Origin: Mobula hypostoma
Lineage: Eukaryota
Direction: 5' to 3'
Assembly: GCF_963921235.1 (NCBI RefSeq)
Contig: NC_086097.1
Location: 227,666,001-227,730,000 of the forward strand
DNA: 64,000 nt
In this document: one piece after another, positions 38,241 to 51,714 of the stretch
Numbering within the stretch: position 1 is the first letter of the stretch
Layout: the number at the start of each line of letters is the position of its first letter
Made by a program: the position numbers and the translations under genes
Notes under the pieces: generated by a model
Seen by the model: the letters and a program-made list of their open reading frames with translations, nothing else
Told to the model about the DNA's origin: nothing
Databases searched by the model: none

Positions 38241-38754
38241 CCTATGACATTATGATTCTAAAGCTAGAAAAAAGGGCAGACTTACAGTGTAGGCAAGTAA
38301 AATTGAATATGTTAGTCAAAGTTTATTAGGAAGGGCCAAAGCATACAAATGTAAGAGCATATCCCCAATTAGGGTAAGAATAAAGAAAAAACTGTAAAAA
38401 AGAGAATTCATTTGAATAGACGCAGCATTCACTAACAGGCATGATTAGAAAAAACTGTGCATAATCTAATAGTCATTACAGATATATGGCTGCAAGTATT
38501 GAGAATTAAATATTCAGAATACTTAACTGAAGATAAGTAAATTGGAAAATAGAAAGGGAGGACAGAGTGTCTTGATAGTAAATGGGAGGGAAGGAAATGT
38601 TCATTACTTAGAAAATCAAGAACGTAGAATCATTTGGGTGGAACAAGGAAACAACAAAGGACAAGAAGCCATTTGTGAGAGTTGTCTAGAAAACTAAACA
38701 CAACAAAGGTAGTGACTACGGTAGGTTGGAAACCCACATTCAAAAATATGAATT

Positions 38755-39430
38755 CAAAGTTCAAAGTACATTTAATATCAAAGTATATGTACATTATATG
38801 ACCTTGAGATTCATCTACTTATAGGCAGCCACAAAGCAAAGAGATCCAAAAGGACCCATGAAAAATGAGGACTGTAAAAGACCCAACAAATTGTGCAAAC
38901 AATAAAAGTAAGCAAATAGCATTCAGAACAAAAGTGAGTTCAGAGATCCGAAGCCCGAAGCAGTTAGAGCAGACCACAGCCTCAGCCTCAGTTCAGCACA
39001 GAGCTGAGTAAATGTGATGGATCCCTCAGACACAGACCCTGGAGCAGGCCACAGCCTGAGCCTCAATTCAGTGCAGAGCTAGGCAAACACTGCAGAGCAG
39101 CGGGAGTTTAAATTGTCTGAAGATCGGGCCGTTCTGCGCACTAGGACCTGAGCCTTGTCGCATTAGTACACTCTGGGCCTGGACCCACTGCCATGTTTGG
39201 CCTGTACCCAACCTTTCCAAATCATCTTGGTACTTAGAGCAATCAAACCCCACTCTCGATTTAGGTGGACAGGCCTTCGATCTGCCTCTCCTCCGCCCTG
39301 CTCACCCTGACTTTGTCTCGACCTCGCCTCACACCCGTATGCTTCAATCCTCAACTCAGCCTCACCTTCGTTCTCCTCTTCATTATTTGCAGTGAGAATA
39401 AATTGCATTAAAGAATTAATATGTAATTTC
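38755..39430 (-). mobile_element. Non-autonomous element with Rex1-like tail
   Basis: TTCAAAGTTCAAAGTACATTTAATATCAAAG terminus; internal duplicated GCAGACCACAGCCTCAG motif; related to 61160-61575. Confidence 0.6.
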
Positions 39431-39444
39431 CAACAAATCTATAT

Positions 39445-40135
39445 ATTAGATTAGATTAGATTATGAGGACACTCAGTCCTCGTTTATTGTCATTTAGAAA
39501 TGCACCCATGCATTAAGAAATGATACAATGTTCCTCCAGAGTGATATCACAAAAAAAACAGGACAAACCAAGGACTAACACTGACAAGACCGCATAATTA
39601 TAACATATAGTTACAGCAGTGCAAAGCAATACCATAACTTGATAAAGAACAGACCATGGGCACGGTAAAAAAAAGTCTCAAAGTTCCGATCGACTCCCGA
39701 TAGTCCCCGATAGCAGGCGGCAGAAGGGAGAAACTCTCTCTGCCATAAATCTCCAGGAACCGACAACTTTCAATGCACTGGAAGCACCCGACCCCAGCCG
39801 ACTCTGAGTCTGTCTGAACACTTCGAGCCTCCGACCAGCCCTTCGACACCGAGCACTGAGCACCATCTCTGTCGAGCACTTCGACCCCGTCCCGGCTTAC
39901 GAGCAACAAGCAAAGCCGAGGACTCGGGGCCTTCCTCTCCAGAGATTCAGGATCACACAGTAACAGTGGCAGTGAAAAAGGCATTTCAGAAGTTTCTCCA
40001 GGTGTTCCTCCGTTCTCTCACGTCTGTCTCCATCAAATCAGAATTGTGCACGGCACCCTACTTGACAGATTACAGATATCATTCACCGGAGTGGCCGCGC
40101 AAGCCGCGTCACGCCGCCTTCTTCCCCTCCTCCAC
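39445..40135 (-). mobile_element. ~690-bp non-coding retroelement with (TCTAA)n tail, apparently full-length copy
   Basis: Similar copies at 44330-44900, 51310-51700 and 58070-58788; GC-rich 5' end GAAGAAGGCGGCGTGACGCGG; tail AAATGACAATAAA...(TAATC)n. Confidence 0.85.
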
Positions 40136-42074
40136 CTTATATATCTTTAAGGCCCAGAAACAGAAGAGGACTAGGTACTCCAATTTGGTCAACAAGAGAC
40201 ATTAAAGGTTGACTTAAACAAAAGAAAAATAATGATGATGTTCTCAAAAAGATTAGTGGCCTGAGAATCGGGGAAATTTCATCATTCAGCAAAACTGAAT
40301 CAAGATTTGGTAAATAGAATCTGAGAGGTACCTACTGAGGAACATCAAAACAAACCGTAAAGGCTTCTGAGATACACAAAGAGGAAAAGATAATCATGTT
40401 ACTGTGAACACCTTACCGATCGAGTCAGGTGAAATTATATCAGGGAATAAAGCAACAACAGAGAAATTAAACAAATACTTTATGTCTGATCTCATAAAAT
40501 CTCTGGAAAAAAAAGTGGAAATCTGTAACCTGAGAGAGGAGAAGGGTCTGAAATAAATCAGTGATTTAGATAATGGGACCAAGTTCGATATCTCCAAGTC
40601 TTTTGGTCATATAAATCCGGACAGCAGTTTGAGTTTAAGAGGGCTCAGTGACTAAGTATATTCAAGACATAGACCTTGAGATATTTGGATAATGATGGAA
40701 TCAAGGAATATTGTATAATTGTACAAGATGATATTGAAATAGGAAAAAATCAGCCATAACCCACTAATGAGGAGTTAATTGTCCTAATCCTGCTCCTATT
40801 AATTCTGTTTTCTTAATTCTATGTTACTGTTTTTAAAGTCATAAATAAGGGATACAGTTTTAAGGCAGGTAACATTATTAAGGACTTTATGAACTTACTT
40901 ATAATGATTCTTACTGATACCATTTTTTATTTCCATGTTTTTCAAAACTGAATTTGTTCTTCACAAATATGAGCCTTATTTCACTGTCTCTATACTTTGG
41001 GAAAAGAACACACGTTATGCATTGGAAATCAAATGGATTTTCTGCCAATCCAGCTCACATATCCCTCCAAATCGTTCACAGTGATAAAACAATATTCCCA
41101 TTCATAGCAAATCAAATAATTCATTTACTTTCAATGAATGCATCAATCAATCAATCAGGTTTTTTTTTACCACCCTAGTCACAGGAAATATACCATACGT
41201 CTGTTCAGATGATTGGATATCAGCAAGCTTCACAAATTTGTCTTTTTTTTATTTGTTTTGGTATATGCCTGTGAATCAATTCAAAAACCCAGCATCACTT
41301 CAAACAGGAATGTGAATATATATCTGGTTTGAAATAGAATTGGTGATTATACAGAACGGAGTAAAGAAAAATGATCAAATTACTCCATGGGGTTTGACGA
41401 CGAATTTACCCAGCATGAGAATGCGAATAAAACTGAGGAAGGTATAAAAAGATTCATTTGTCAGGAATAGGCCCTCGAGTGAATAGTCAGATGGTGAAGG
41501 CAGTGTCATATATGGAGGTCTTTTCTGTAGGGTTATATAAATCGGGCATATCTGTCAGCGAGCAGGTAGTCGTGTCCCATCAGAGACACAAATCATACAG
41601 GAGAGGGAGTTTATCCTCATATGTCAGAAACTAGATATGCTTATGGACATTGTGTAACATGGATTCAATCAATTATGCAGTGACAAAAGCACATTACAAG
41701 ACATTTTTTAGCATGATGAAGCCTGATTATCGCAGCATGTCTTCTTATTGCACAATTACATCACATTCAGGCAACTGAAAGCTGTCTCGATGGAAATACT
41801 TCAGGCATCATTAAGTAGCATTGTGGCTAATATACCTCTCCAACATGGGAATAACCCTGTCGTGCTTTCCTTTGTAGATACTACCAAAGCTCTCTCGGTG
41901 CTAATGTGAAATTTGTATTAGAAAACATTGTACTATTATCTCAACGTAATTTCACCGTAATATTTATTTACTTCATTACTGTTGGTATGGAACTGTGACA
42001 TGGAACTGCACCATGGTTACATGTTTCAACTGATTTATTCTGAACTTACCTTCATTGTGTTTGGATACTTTTCA

Positions 42075-42530
42075 TTGTTCAAAGTTCAAAGTAAATTTTT
42101 TATCAAAATGCATTTATGTCACCATATACAACCCTGAGATTCATCGTCCTGCGGGCATACTCAATAAATCCATAATAGATTAATAACCATAATAGAATCA
42201 ATGAAAGACCGTGCCAACTTGGACATTCAACCAGGGTGCAAAGGACAACAAATTGTGCGAATACAAAAAGAAAGACATCATCATCATAATAAATAAATAA
42301 ATAAGCAATGGATATCGAGAACATGAGATGAAAAGTCTTTGAAAGCGTCTATAGGTTCTGGGAACATTTCAAAGGGGGGCAAGTGAAGTTGAGTGGAGTT
42401 ATCCTCTTTGGTTCAAGAGCCTGATGGTTGAGGGGTAACAACTGTTCAGGAACTTGGTGGTGTGAGTTCTGGTGGCAACAGCGATAGGAGAGCATGACCT
42501 GAGCAGTGAGGTCGCTGGTAGACACTGCTG
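42075..42530 (-). mobile_element. Rex1-related 3' fragment
   Basis: TTCAAAGTTCAAAGTAAATTT tail; GGTTCAAGAGCCTGATGGTTGAGGGGTAACAACTGTTC reads NSCYPSTIRLLN on the minus strand. Confidence 0.7.
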
Positions 42531-42799
42531 TCTAACTGCCATATATGATGAACCTTAACTCAGTCATGGTCCAAGCTGTGAGCTGGAAGTTCACAGATTC
42601 AAGTGCAGGGACAAATTGATTCTTCATTACGGCACTGAGAACATACAGTAGTTCATTTGAAGTTGGAGGTTTAGTCTTTCACATTGACAGGTTAAGCTAA
42701 TACAAAACGTGGAAACCAGAATCCCAATATGACTTGCCGCTTTGGCACCTGTGAAATCTTATTGTGAATGAATATTACCCACTATCACAAAAAAAATGT

Positions 42800-43930
42800 A
42801 TGTGCCCTCTGCTTCTTCAATCTACTGTCATCCCTGACCTTCTATTTCTATCTAGAACCTTGTAGGTGATGCCATCTCTCAAATCATCTTTCCCACTATT
42901 CCATACGTGAATATAGCCATAACAAATTGTCCCTTAGCCTCTGACCAACCTGTAATCTTTGACATGCTTCGCCATATCCTCCTTCACAGTTTCCCTCTAC
43001 CATCCACACCTGATATCAATTTTAACTGTCCCTGCGCAGCCCAGGTACCTTCTGTAATTCTTTCTCTTCACGTTGCCATGACCGCAGTCTTTTTGAGCCA
43101 TCAGAGGCCTATACTTGGCCTCTTCCTACTTTTGAATTCACATGCTGCTCCCTCAGTGACAACATGCTGTAATATATCAGGTGGCACATTTACTCTGATG
43201 ACACCAACTTCTACCTTATCATCATCTCTTTTGCCCTCCTTAATTTACCACACTGCTTATCAGAACATACAGATAGTTCTTCCAGTTAGAGATAAGAGAG
43301 ATTAAATCATTGCCTTTGTTCCATAGTATAATTTCTATTCCCAATTTATCATCTTTAGCTCTCTTTCCAGTAATTGTCAGAAGGCATGCAAATGATACAG
43401 ATTCACTTCAATGACTTTGCCTCAATACACTCCAGCCTCAGCATCTGAGCTACCGAAATCCATATACAGCCTTTGTTAGCTCTTGGCTTGATTATTTAAA
43501 CACTGTCACGTATCACTGACTATTCTCGATCTTCAATCTTCTATAAATTTGAGCACGTATAAATCTCTGCTTTTAACATCTCACAAATCTGGTCTCATCC
43601 AACCATCTCTCCTCTCCCTGAACAATGCCTGATCCCAGTCCAGTAACACCTCAGTTATGGCACTCTTATTCTTTTTATCTGATCTCCCAATGACCCTGCA
43701 CCTCCCTTTCCCAGCATCCTCTTCCATCTCTGTGACCTTTTGCAATTTCTGCATTCCTTTGTGCTGACCTTTTGAGAAACCCCGTTTTGACTACATCTGT
43801 ATTAGCAGGTGTACTATCAAACGGCTTGATTCTAAATTCTGGAATTCTGTCCCGAAACCTCTGAGCTCCTCTAGTTCTCTCGCCCTTTAAGAATAATCTT
43901 TAAAATTTATCTTATTGACAGTCACTTATC
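42800..43930 (+). mobile_element. Ancient L2 LINE RT remnant
   Basis: VIFDMLRHILL (~42950) and TACTCTGATGACACC (YSDDT, ~43191); pyrimidine-rich sense strand typical of L2. Confidence 0.6.
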
Positions 43931-44329
43931 CTAATAGCTGCCAAATGGTTTGATGCCAAATATTGTTTAATGCCAAAATGTGCCCTCAATCGGAGAGGTT
44001 TATTTTCTTTAGAGCTTGCAGGGCTATAGGGCAAGAGGGGTTTGGAGATTCAGGAAATAACCACATTAGGGTGAGAACTTTAAAATTGAAGTGTTACTTA
44101 ACTAGATGTCAAAATCTTTCAGGAATTCAGAGGTAATGGACAAAGAAGACATGAAATTATTTGGTGTATTGGAAACAGAATTCATGTAACCTTAATTTTA
44201 TGGAGAGTAGAACGTGAAACAGCCAATCCCTCGATGGATGAGATTTTCAACAATGTATGAGTTGAGATAGGGATGAGGTTAAGCAAAGCCACGGAGGCGA
44301 AAATGGACTATCATAGTGAAAACAGGATA

Positions 44330-44900
44330 TTAGATTATATTAGATTATGAGGACATGCAGTCCTCCTTTATTGTCATTTAGTAATGCATGCATTAAGAAA
44401 TGATACAATGTTCCTCCAGTGTGATGTCACAGAAACAGAAGACAGACCAAGACTGAAAAACTGACAAAAACCACATAATTATAACATATAGTTACAACAG
44501 TGCAAGCAATACCGTAATTTGATAGAAGAACAGACCATGGGCTCGGTAAAAAACTGTCTCAAAGTCTCTCGAAAGTCCCAACATCTCACGCAGATGGTAG
44601 AAGGAAGAAAACTCTCCCTGCCATGAGCTTCCAGCGCCGCAAACTTGCTGATGCAGCATCCTGGAAGCACCCGACCACAGTCCAACTCTCAGTCCGTCCG
44701 AAAACTTCGAGCCTCCGACCAGCCCTCTGACACCGAGCACCGAGCACCATCTCTGCCGAGCGCTTTGACCCCAGCCCCGGCTGCCAGCAACAGGCAAAGC
44801 CGAGAATTTGGGGCCTTCCCCTCCGGAGATTCTCGATCGCACAGTAGCAGCGGCAGCGAACCAGGCATTTCAGAAGTTTCTCCAGATGTTCCTTTGTGCG
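44330..44900 (-). mobile_element. 5'-truncated copy of the (TCTAA)n-tailed family
   Basis: Aligns by eye to 39445-40015. Confidence 0.85.
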
Positions 44901-45021
44901 GCCCAAAGAGCATCTCAGGAGCAAATGTGATACCAAAACAACGGTTCAATTTTAGATAACAACACACATCAAAGTTGCTGGTGAACGCAGCAGGCCAAGC
45001 AGCATCTATAGGAAGGGGCGC

Positions 45022-45057
45022 AGTCGACGTTTCAGGCCGAGACCCTTCGTCAGGACT
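45022..45057 (-). ncRNA. Minimal type I hammerhead ribozyme motif
   Basis: Minus strand AGTC-CTGACGA-AGGGTCTCGGCCT-GAAACGTC-GACT: intact CUGANGA and GAAA boxes, GUC site, stem I AGTC/GACT. Confidence 0.75.
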
Positions 45058-45579
45058 AACTGAAGGAAGAGTGAGTAAGGGATTTGAAAGCTGGAGGGGG
45101 AGGGGGAGATGCAAAATGATAAGAGAAGACAGGAGGGGGAGGGATAGAGCCAAGAGCTGGACAGGTGATAGGGAAAAGGGGATACGAGAGGATCATGGGA
45201 CAGGAGGTCCGGGAAGAAAGACAAGGGGGGGGGGACCCAGAGGATGGGCAAGAGGTATATTCAGAGGGACAGAGGGAGAAAAAGGAGAGTGAGAGAAAGA
45301 ATGTGTGCATAAAAATGAGTAACAGATGGGGTACGAGGGGGAGGTGGGGCCTAGCGGAAGTTAGAGAAGTCAATGTTATACCTCTTGCCCATCCTCTGGG
45401 TCACCCCCCCCCCCGTCTTTCTTCCCGGACCTCCTGTCCCATGATCCTCTCGTATCCCCTTTTGCCTATCACCTGTCCAGCTCTCGGCTCTATCCCTCCC
45501 CCTCCTGTCTTCTCCTATCATTTTGCATCTCCCCCTCCCCCTCCAGCTTTCAAATCCCTTACTCACTCTTACTTCAGTT

Positions 45580-45615
45580 AGTCCTGACGAAGGGTCTCGG
45601 CCTGAAACGTCAACT
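45580..45615 (+). ncRNA. Minimal type I hammerhead ribozyme motif
   Basis: AGTC-CTGACGA-AGGGTCTCGGCCT-GAAACGTC-AACT; core intact, one stem I mismatch. Confidence 0.65.
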
Positions 45616-46299
45616 GCGCCTCTTCCTATAGATGCTGCTTGGCCTGCTGTGTTCACCAGCAACTTTGATGTGTGTTGCTTGAATTTCCAGCATCTGCAGA
45701 ATTCCTGTTGTTTGCGTTCCATTTTAGATCATTGCTTAAGTTGAAGGGGGGAATTGAATTGGTGGTGAGGAACTGAAGTTTCTGAAGGGGGCCATAGACA
45801 TTGGCTTTGGTCTTCTGTTCATCCAGTGCCAAAAGTTTATGTGGTGTCTGGCCATTTAGAAGCAATGGCAGAGTCAAGAGAGGTACTGGGGAGAAAGATC
45901 TGGGTGTTAACAGTGTAGATTTTTAGAGAATCGTTTTGTAAATTATCACAGAAGGGCAGTCGGAAGATAAGCAGTCATGGGAACAAATGGTAGGAAATGT
46001 CCTGTGCAATGTATGGAAAATCCTCTTCTAATGACCCTCTGATTGCAAACAATAGGAACATTTTAAACATAAGAGGTTCTGCATATTCTGGAGTTAAGCT
46101 AATGCAGTTCCACCTGCAGATTGATTGTGGAGAGTTATAGGCAAATCAAAAATGATGAGAAGGGTAAACTACCTTTGTCACAATGTTGTTAAAACCATTT
46201 TCATACTGCAAAAGGAGGCAAATCTGATTCAAAGAGAAAGGTCTAGGAAAACATGGCCTCCAGTTGGGCTACAGTATGCTCAAGAACTTTAATATTATT

Positions 46300-46718
46300 G
46301 GATTATCGGCACCCAATTGCCCACCATTGAGAACATCTACCATAAACGTTGCCTGGGCAGGGCGAAAAGCATTATCAAGGATGCATCTCACCCTAACCAT
46401 GGGCTTTTTACTCTCCTCCCATCCGGCAGGCACTACAGGAGCCTCCACTCCCGCACCAGCAGGCTCAGGAAGAGCTTCTTCCCTGAGGCTGTGACACTGC
46501 TGAACCTCTCATCACGGCACTAAGCAGTACTGCATCTGTATTGTACTGTCTCAGTACTTTTATATTTGTGTGCTATAGCACTTTTTTTATTCGCAGTTAT
46601 TTTGTAAATAACACTATTCTTTGCATTTCTGGTCAGAAGCCAAATGCATTTCATTGGCTTTGTATCTGTACTTGGCACAATGACAATAATGTTGAATCCA
46701 ATCTAATCTAATCTAATA
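46300..46718 (+). mobile_element. Rex1/Babar LINE 3' end with (TCTAA)n tail
   Basis: ORF 46317-46523 SIIKDASHPNHGLFTLLPSGRHYRSLHSRTSRLRKSFFPEAVTLLN; tail AATGACAATAA...ATCTAATCTAATCTAAT. Confidence 0.9.
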
Positions 46719-46859
46719 TGGAAAGGGAAGGTGGAGATAGATGACATAGAAAGAAGGGGAAAAGATTTGTTTCGTATGCAGTGGGATGATAGGATTGTTC
46801 CACACCTGGATGCATTTATTCAATCCCATTCCTTACTGATCAGTCTGTGGGGGCCAAGT

Positions 46860-47030
46860 CAGTAGTTATATTTAGAGCAGAGGTGGATAGGTTCTTTATT
46901 AGTAAGAGCATCAAAAGTTACAGGAAGAAGGTAGGAAATTGGGGTTGAATAGTAACTCAGCAATTATGGAAGGGGAGAGCAGACTCGATGGGCCAAATGG
47001 CCTAACTCTGCTTCTATGTCTTATGGCCTG
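46860..47030 (+). mobile_element. CR1 3' end
   Basis: Terminal ATGGGCCAAATGGCCTAACTCTGCTTCTATGTCTTATGG. Confidence 0.75.
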
Positions 47031-49980
47031 TCCAAGACCTACAAAAACTTTCTTACGTTTCACCTCCCAAGGGAAGCTTTATTGTGAAGTCAGTGAATAC
47101 TCTGATAAAGATGGTCACACCAGCATCATACCTATTCAGATATCCTTCTTTAGCATGTAGTACTTTTTAAGTTGTCTCGTGCAGATTTTCAAGCTGACAA
47201 GTAAAAATGCATAATTAAATAGATAGAATACAATAAGATTTTTGAATGGAAGCCAAAATTACCATAGATCAAAGCAAAATTTTATAGTTAGCATTTCCAT
47301 TGTTTCAAAGTAGCCTTAATAACAAGAATATTTTGCACCCTCCAGGTGTTCGATTTATTTTAAAGCATAACACTGGCTCGGATTATTAATCTCCAGGGAC
47401 AACTTTGCCCCGATGCTTCCTGTTTTCCATTCCATGCTCCAGAGGTCACACTTCTCAATCTGCTTCTGGTGTCAATCAGTCTCATCCTTCATTTTACTTC
47501 CAAAGAATTTTAAAAAGAGCTGCAGAGAAATAACCTCCAATGACTCAAGATCAGCTTTTGATATTTGTGTAAGTAATTCAGTATCTCAATATTCTATATA
47601 ATATGAAACAGGCTACTAAACAATTTGTAAGCTGCTTAGAAAAATCTTCTACTCAAAGGCTGAACTCTATTGCTGTGTACTATAACTTAAATATACATCA
47701 AAGTAATTCATTTCTGTAGCGGTTTCAATTGTTTTAATTTTTTCTAGCACTGTGTTATGTTAAGCAGTTGAAAACCGTGAAGTAAACCTTTTTGAGAGTA
47801 TCAGACATTGTCATATATAGCACTGCGAATCTTAATTAACTATGATTAGCAAATTAACCATAGATTTGTGCAAGATTATAAGTAGATGCTTACAAAGCAT
47901 TGCTGCTATCAAATGTGATTTATAGTACTCACCGTAAATATTTTAAAGCTGTTCTATCAATAGTTTTGTTTTAAACTTCAGCGTTTCTTGCTGGTTTGTG
48001 TAAACTGTTCTTTATAGTCAGCTGCTGAGCCCTTAGTACGCTTGTCATTACCTTTGACTATAACTTCTTAGCAAGATTGACATTTGTAACATATGATCTG
48101 AGTTGTGATATTTGCAAAGAAAATAAAAAATATATAACTGTGTAGATTTCCAGAATGTCAACCCTTACTGATTTTTAAAGGAAATCACTCAAATCACTTT
48201 TCTGTCAGTCAATTAGTCAAAAACAAAATGGGTGTCAAATTCCCACAACTTGGACTTCACACTAATATAAGAATTGGGCCTGAGTTTAAGTGTTCCATTA
48301 TGCACTTGAACTCTGGACTTGTCCGTATCAATATGCAGAGCTACACGCTGTCATGCTGTGAGGCTTCTCTAGGTACTTGCAGAACAGTCCAGCACGCAGT
48401 GGGTGGTAAGAAAAGGCCACACTACTTAGAACGTTGAATTGCAAACCTGTCGGCACTTATTCTTTTTTAAATAGGAGTCACCCACTTCGGTTTAAAATTG
48501 AGACTTGTTTTAATATATTTCACACTGAATAATAAATGGCACTTTATACCATTGAAATTCCAACTGGTGAAGTTCACAAGTGAATGTTTAATGCTCTCAC
48601 ATTACATTGCTCTGCACATTATATTTATGTAGGTGTTAATCTAGTTAAATAGGCTAATTCTGTGGAATAATACATACAAGAATGTAGTACATGGTGACCC
48701 TTTGCCTATATTCTCCATTGATCAGAATTTCTACCCTTATATGTTTATTTGGGCTTGAAATCGATTTTACTGTTTTTAATCTTAAATGTCAGTAATAACA
48801 CAACTGCAATATTGTCATCTCAGTTGAATTTTCACTTTTAGAAAACATCAAAAGCTTTCAAAAGAAGAGTCTCCGAATCCTTTTAGCACAAAGGGAACAG
48901 CTGTGCTTGAAAAAGCCAGACTGTTCTCTTTGTCTTTCTTAAATAAACTGAATTGCTAATTGAGTCAGCCACTGTAACCAATAATCTCTAAACACCAAAA
49001 TGCACAAGCACTGTCTTAATTAGTTCCAAATTAAATTATGGTATTTAAATTATAATTTAATTATGCAGAGTAACAAATGGTTTTTCATGCATTAACAAGC
49101 CTCTACAGATAGCCATATTTTACTTAGGAAGTTTGTGGAGTGTGATCTACAACATTACAGGCCAGCTCTAGATTATTTTCTGTTGCTGCACATTTAATAT
49201 GGCTTTTTGATGTAAGAAAATAGATGGCTGGAGACTGTGGAGGTAAGGGTGAGCTAGTGTAGATTTTGTAAGTCTTCTAGTGTTTGATTCTAGGGGCACT
49301 ATTCTAATTATGGTGCGATCACTGAATTCAAGAATGATGTTGGAGAACGCCTGAGTGTGACTTTGTTTAACGTGAGGAGTCTGATGCTCAGGCAGCCACC
49401 ACACTGCAGATCAGCGTTGGGTTCCAGTGGCATGAAATGCAAAATGACTGGGGAACATCATCTTCTGCCAGCTGCATTGTTGAGGTCTTGGTTGGATCTC
49501 CTTTTGTCTGGAACACACAAGCCTCTCCACCACGACAAGGTGACGATCTTCAGTGAATCAGACAACAGTGACCACGGGTCAAACCAAAATCAGATCCATT
49601 TGAAATGAACTAATGAAGGGTGTTCAACCAGAAATGTTAATTCTGTTTCTTTTTCCACAGCTGCTTCTAGATACTCTGCATTTCCACATTTTCTGCTTTT
49701 ATTTTGGTTTCATTTCTTAGATACAACAGTCATGGGAATCACTCTCAGTAATTTGCTGATTGAATTGAAGGAATTATTTAGTTTATTTAAGTGATAATTT
49801 CTCAGAATCAGGATTACATCAGGAATTCATGTAACTTTCTTTGCATGCTGTTACAAACCTCATTTTGAAGTTGCTAGTTAAAATGTTTTCAGATCTCACC
49901 ACTGTAAGAGGCAAACAGAGGTATATTTACTTTGTTCTTTGAGATGCAGCATACAATCTACCACAACTAGGTTGATCTAC

Positions 49981-50175
49981 ATGTACAAAATGCTGGAAGA
50001 ACACAGCATGTCCAGTAGCATTTACGGAATGGAATGAATGGGACTGAAGGGTCTTGGCCCATAACGTCAACTCTATATGCCTTTCCTTGGATACTGCCTG
50101 AGCTGCTGAGCTCCTCCAGCATTTTGCTTGTGTTACTCTGGATTTTCAACATCCGTAGATCCTCTTGAGTTTATA
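49981..50175. mobile_element. Fold-back Penelope-end miniature element
   Basis: CAAAATGCTGGAAGAACACAGCA / TGCTGAGCTCCTCCAGCATTTTG arms; decayed hammerhead at ~50040-50072; flanks TTGATCTAC / TTGGTCTAC. Confidence 0.7.
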
Positions 50176-51309
50176 AATTGGTCTACCCGAGGTTTACACT
50201 TACAGCCCAGAATTTCTTTGATTTACAGTTAATAGACCTAAATTCATTTCAATGCTGTGTCGCATTCACCAGCAGCAGGGGTTGCATGCAAGTTTCTTGG
50301 ATAAATTAATCTGTCTAAATGTTGATGCAAATTCTGCCGTAAGTAAATTTTGAAAGGACCATGAACAGTTTAAGGTCTAGGAACCTTTAGCCCAGTAGCT
50401 GCTCTGCTGTTGAGCAAGGGGAGATTTCAAACTCTCTTTCCTTGCAGCCCTTTGCATTTTCTTCAATTAGGACATCTTCCATTAAGAGCCACTTGCCAGA
50501 ACCAGTCACAGGACACAATGGTGTCCACGGAACATTGAGACAGGACAGCATAAAATTAAGTGCTTGTGAATTTTTCACAGAGAAAAAAAAATTCTGCAAG
50601 CACTGCTGGAAGAGACAAAAGACAGGGATGTGACTTCTGGGAGTATCAGACGAAAAGCCATTCAGCTGTTACCAGCTGCAACATGCTAGCCAAGGTAAAC
50701 TTTGGCACTATCTTTCTGCCTGTACATTCTCTGCATGTATTGCTATTCCTCCTCCAAATCAAAATAGATACAACATTGATAAAATGATGGGTAAAAATGT
50801 CTGTGAAACCAGACATCGGCAGCAAAAACTTTGTAAACTTTTCTAAGCTTCAGGCGGGATCATAGGGCAGGGGGTGGCTACACCTGTTTTATGTATCTGA
50901 AAGAACAAAATGAGGTAAAGGCATATAAAAATCATCTTTTGTCCATTACTTCACTTGTGCTTAGTTTATTTTTGTGCATTAACAGTATCACAAGCGTAAG
51001 GCAGGGAGAAAGTAAGAAAATCAGCTCCATTTATTTGTGTGTAAAGCTGACATATTAACTAAATCAGTTAGCAGATTTTTCCTGTAATAATCATCTAACA
51101 CTTACATATTAGGTGACAGAAACTGTAGAATTCAAACTCAGCAATCTTAAAATCCCAGGCAACTTGATTCTGATTTCAAATCAACACAGCTCGGAATCCA
51201 AAATAGAGTTGTTCAGGACCTCAAAGGGCTCCATCACTTATTGTATACCAATATATTCATGCAGTCCTAGAATTGATGAATCATTTATTTTTCTCTAAAT
51301 CATTGGAAA

Positions 51310-51700
51310 TCATTGGTCGGAGGCTCGAAGTTTTCAGCTGGATGGACTCGGTGTCGGCTGTGGTCGGCTGCTTCCAAGGCATCGGCAAGTTGACGGTGCC
51401 TGGAGGTTTATGGCAGGGAGTTTCTCCCTTTTGCCGCCTGCTATTGGGATCTCGGGAGTCGATCGGGACGTGAGACTTTTTTTTACCGTGCCCATGGTCT
51501 GTTCTTTATCAAATTATGGTATTGCTTCGCACTGCTGTAACTATATGTTATAATTATGTGGTTCTGTCAGTGTTAGTCTTTGGTTTGCCTTGTTTTCTGT
51601 GATATCACTCTGGAGGAACATTGTATCATTTCTTAATGCATGTATGCATTTCTAAATGACAATAAAAGAGGACTGAGTGTTCTCATAATCTAATCTAATA
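51310..51700 (+). mobile_element. 5'-truncated copy of the (TCTAA)n-tailed family
   Basis: Reverse complement of 58070-58465; ends CATAATCTAATCTAAT. Confidence 0.88.
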
Positions 51701-51714
51701 TATTTTATCTTCAG

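Larger units (their letters stand above)
44958..45715. mobile_element. Fold-back Penelope-like element: two inverted ~300-bp 3' ends, each with a minimal hammerhead motif
   Basis: Arms 44960-45259 and 45377-45677, spacer ~117 bp; 14-bp TSD with one mismatch, GTTCAATTTTAGAT (44944-44957) / GTTCCATTTTAGAT (45716-45729). Confidence 0.92.

Noticed and set aside
44689..45744. Cluster of overlapping ORFs on both strands
   Set aside because: By-product of the purine/pyrimidine-skewed palindromic Penelope 3' region; no protein motifs.
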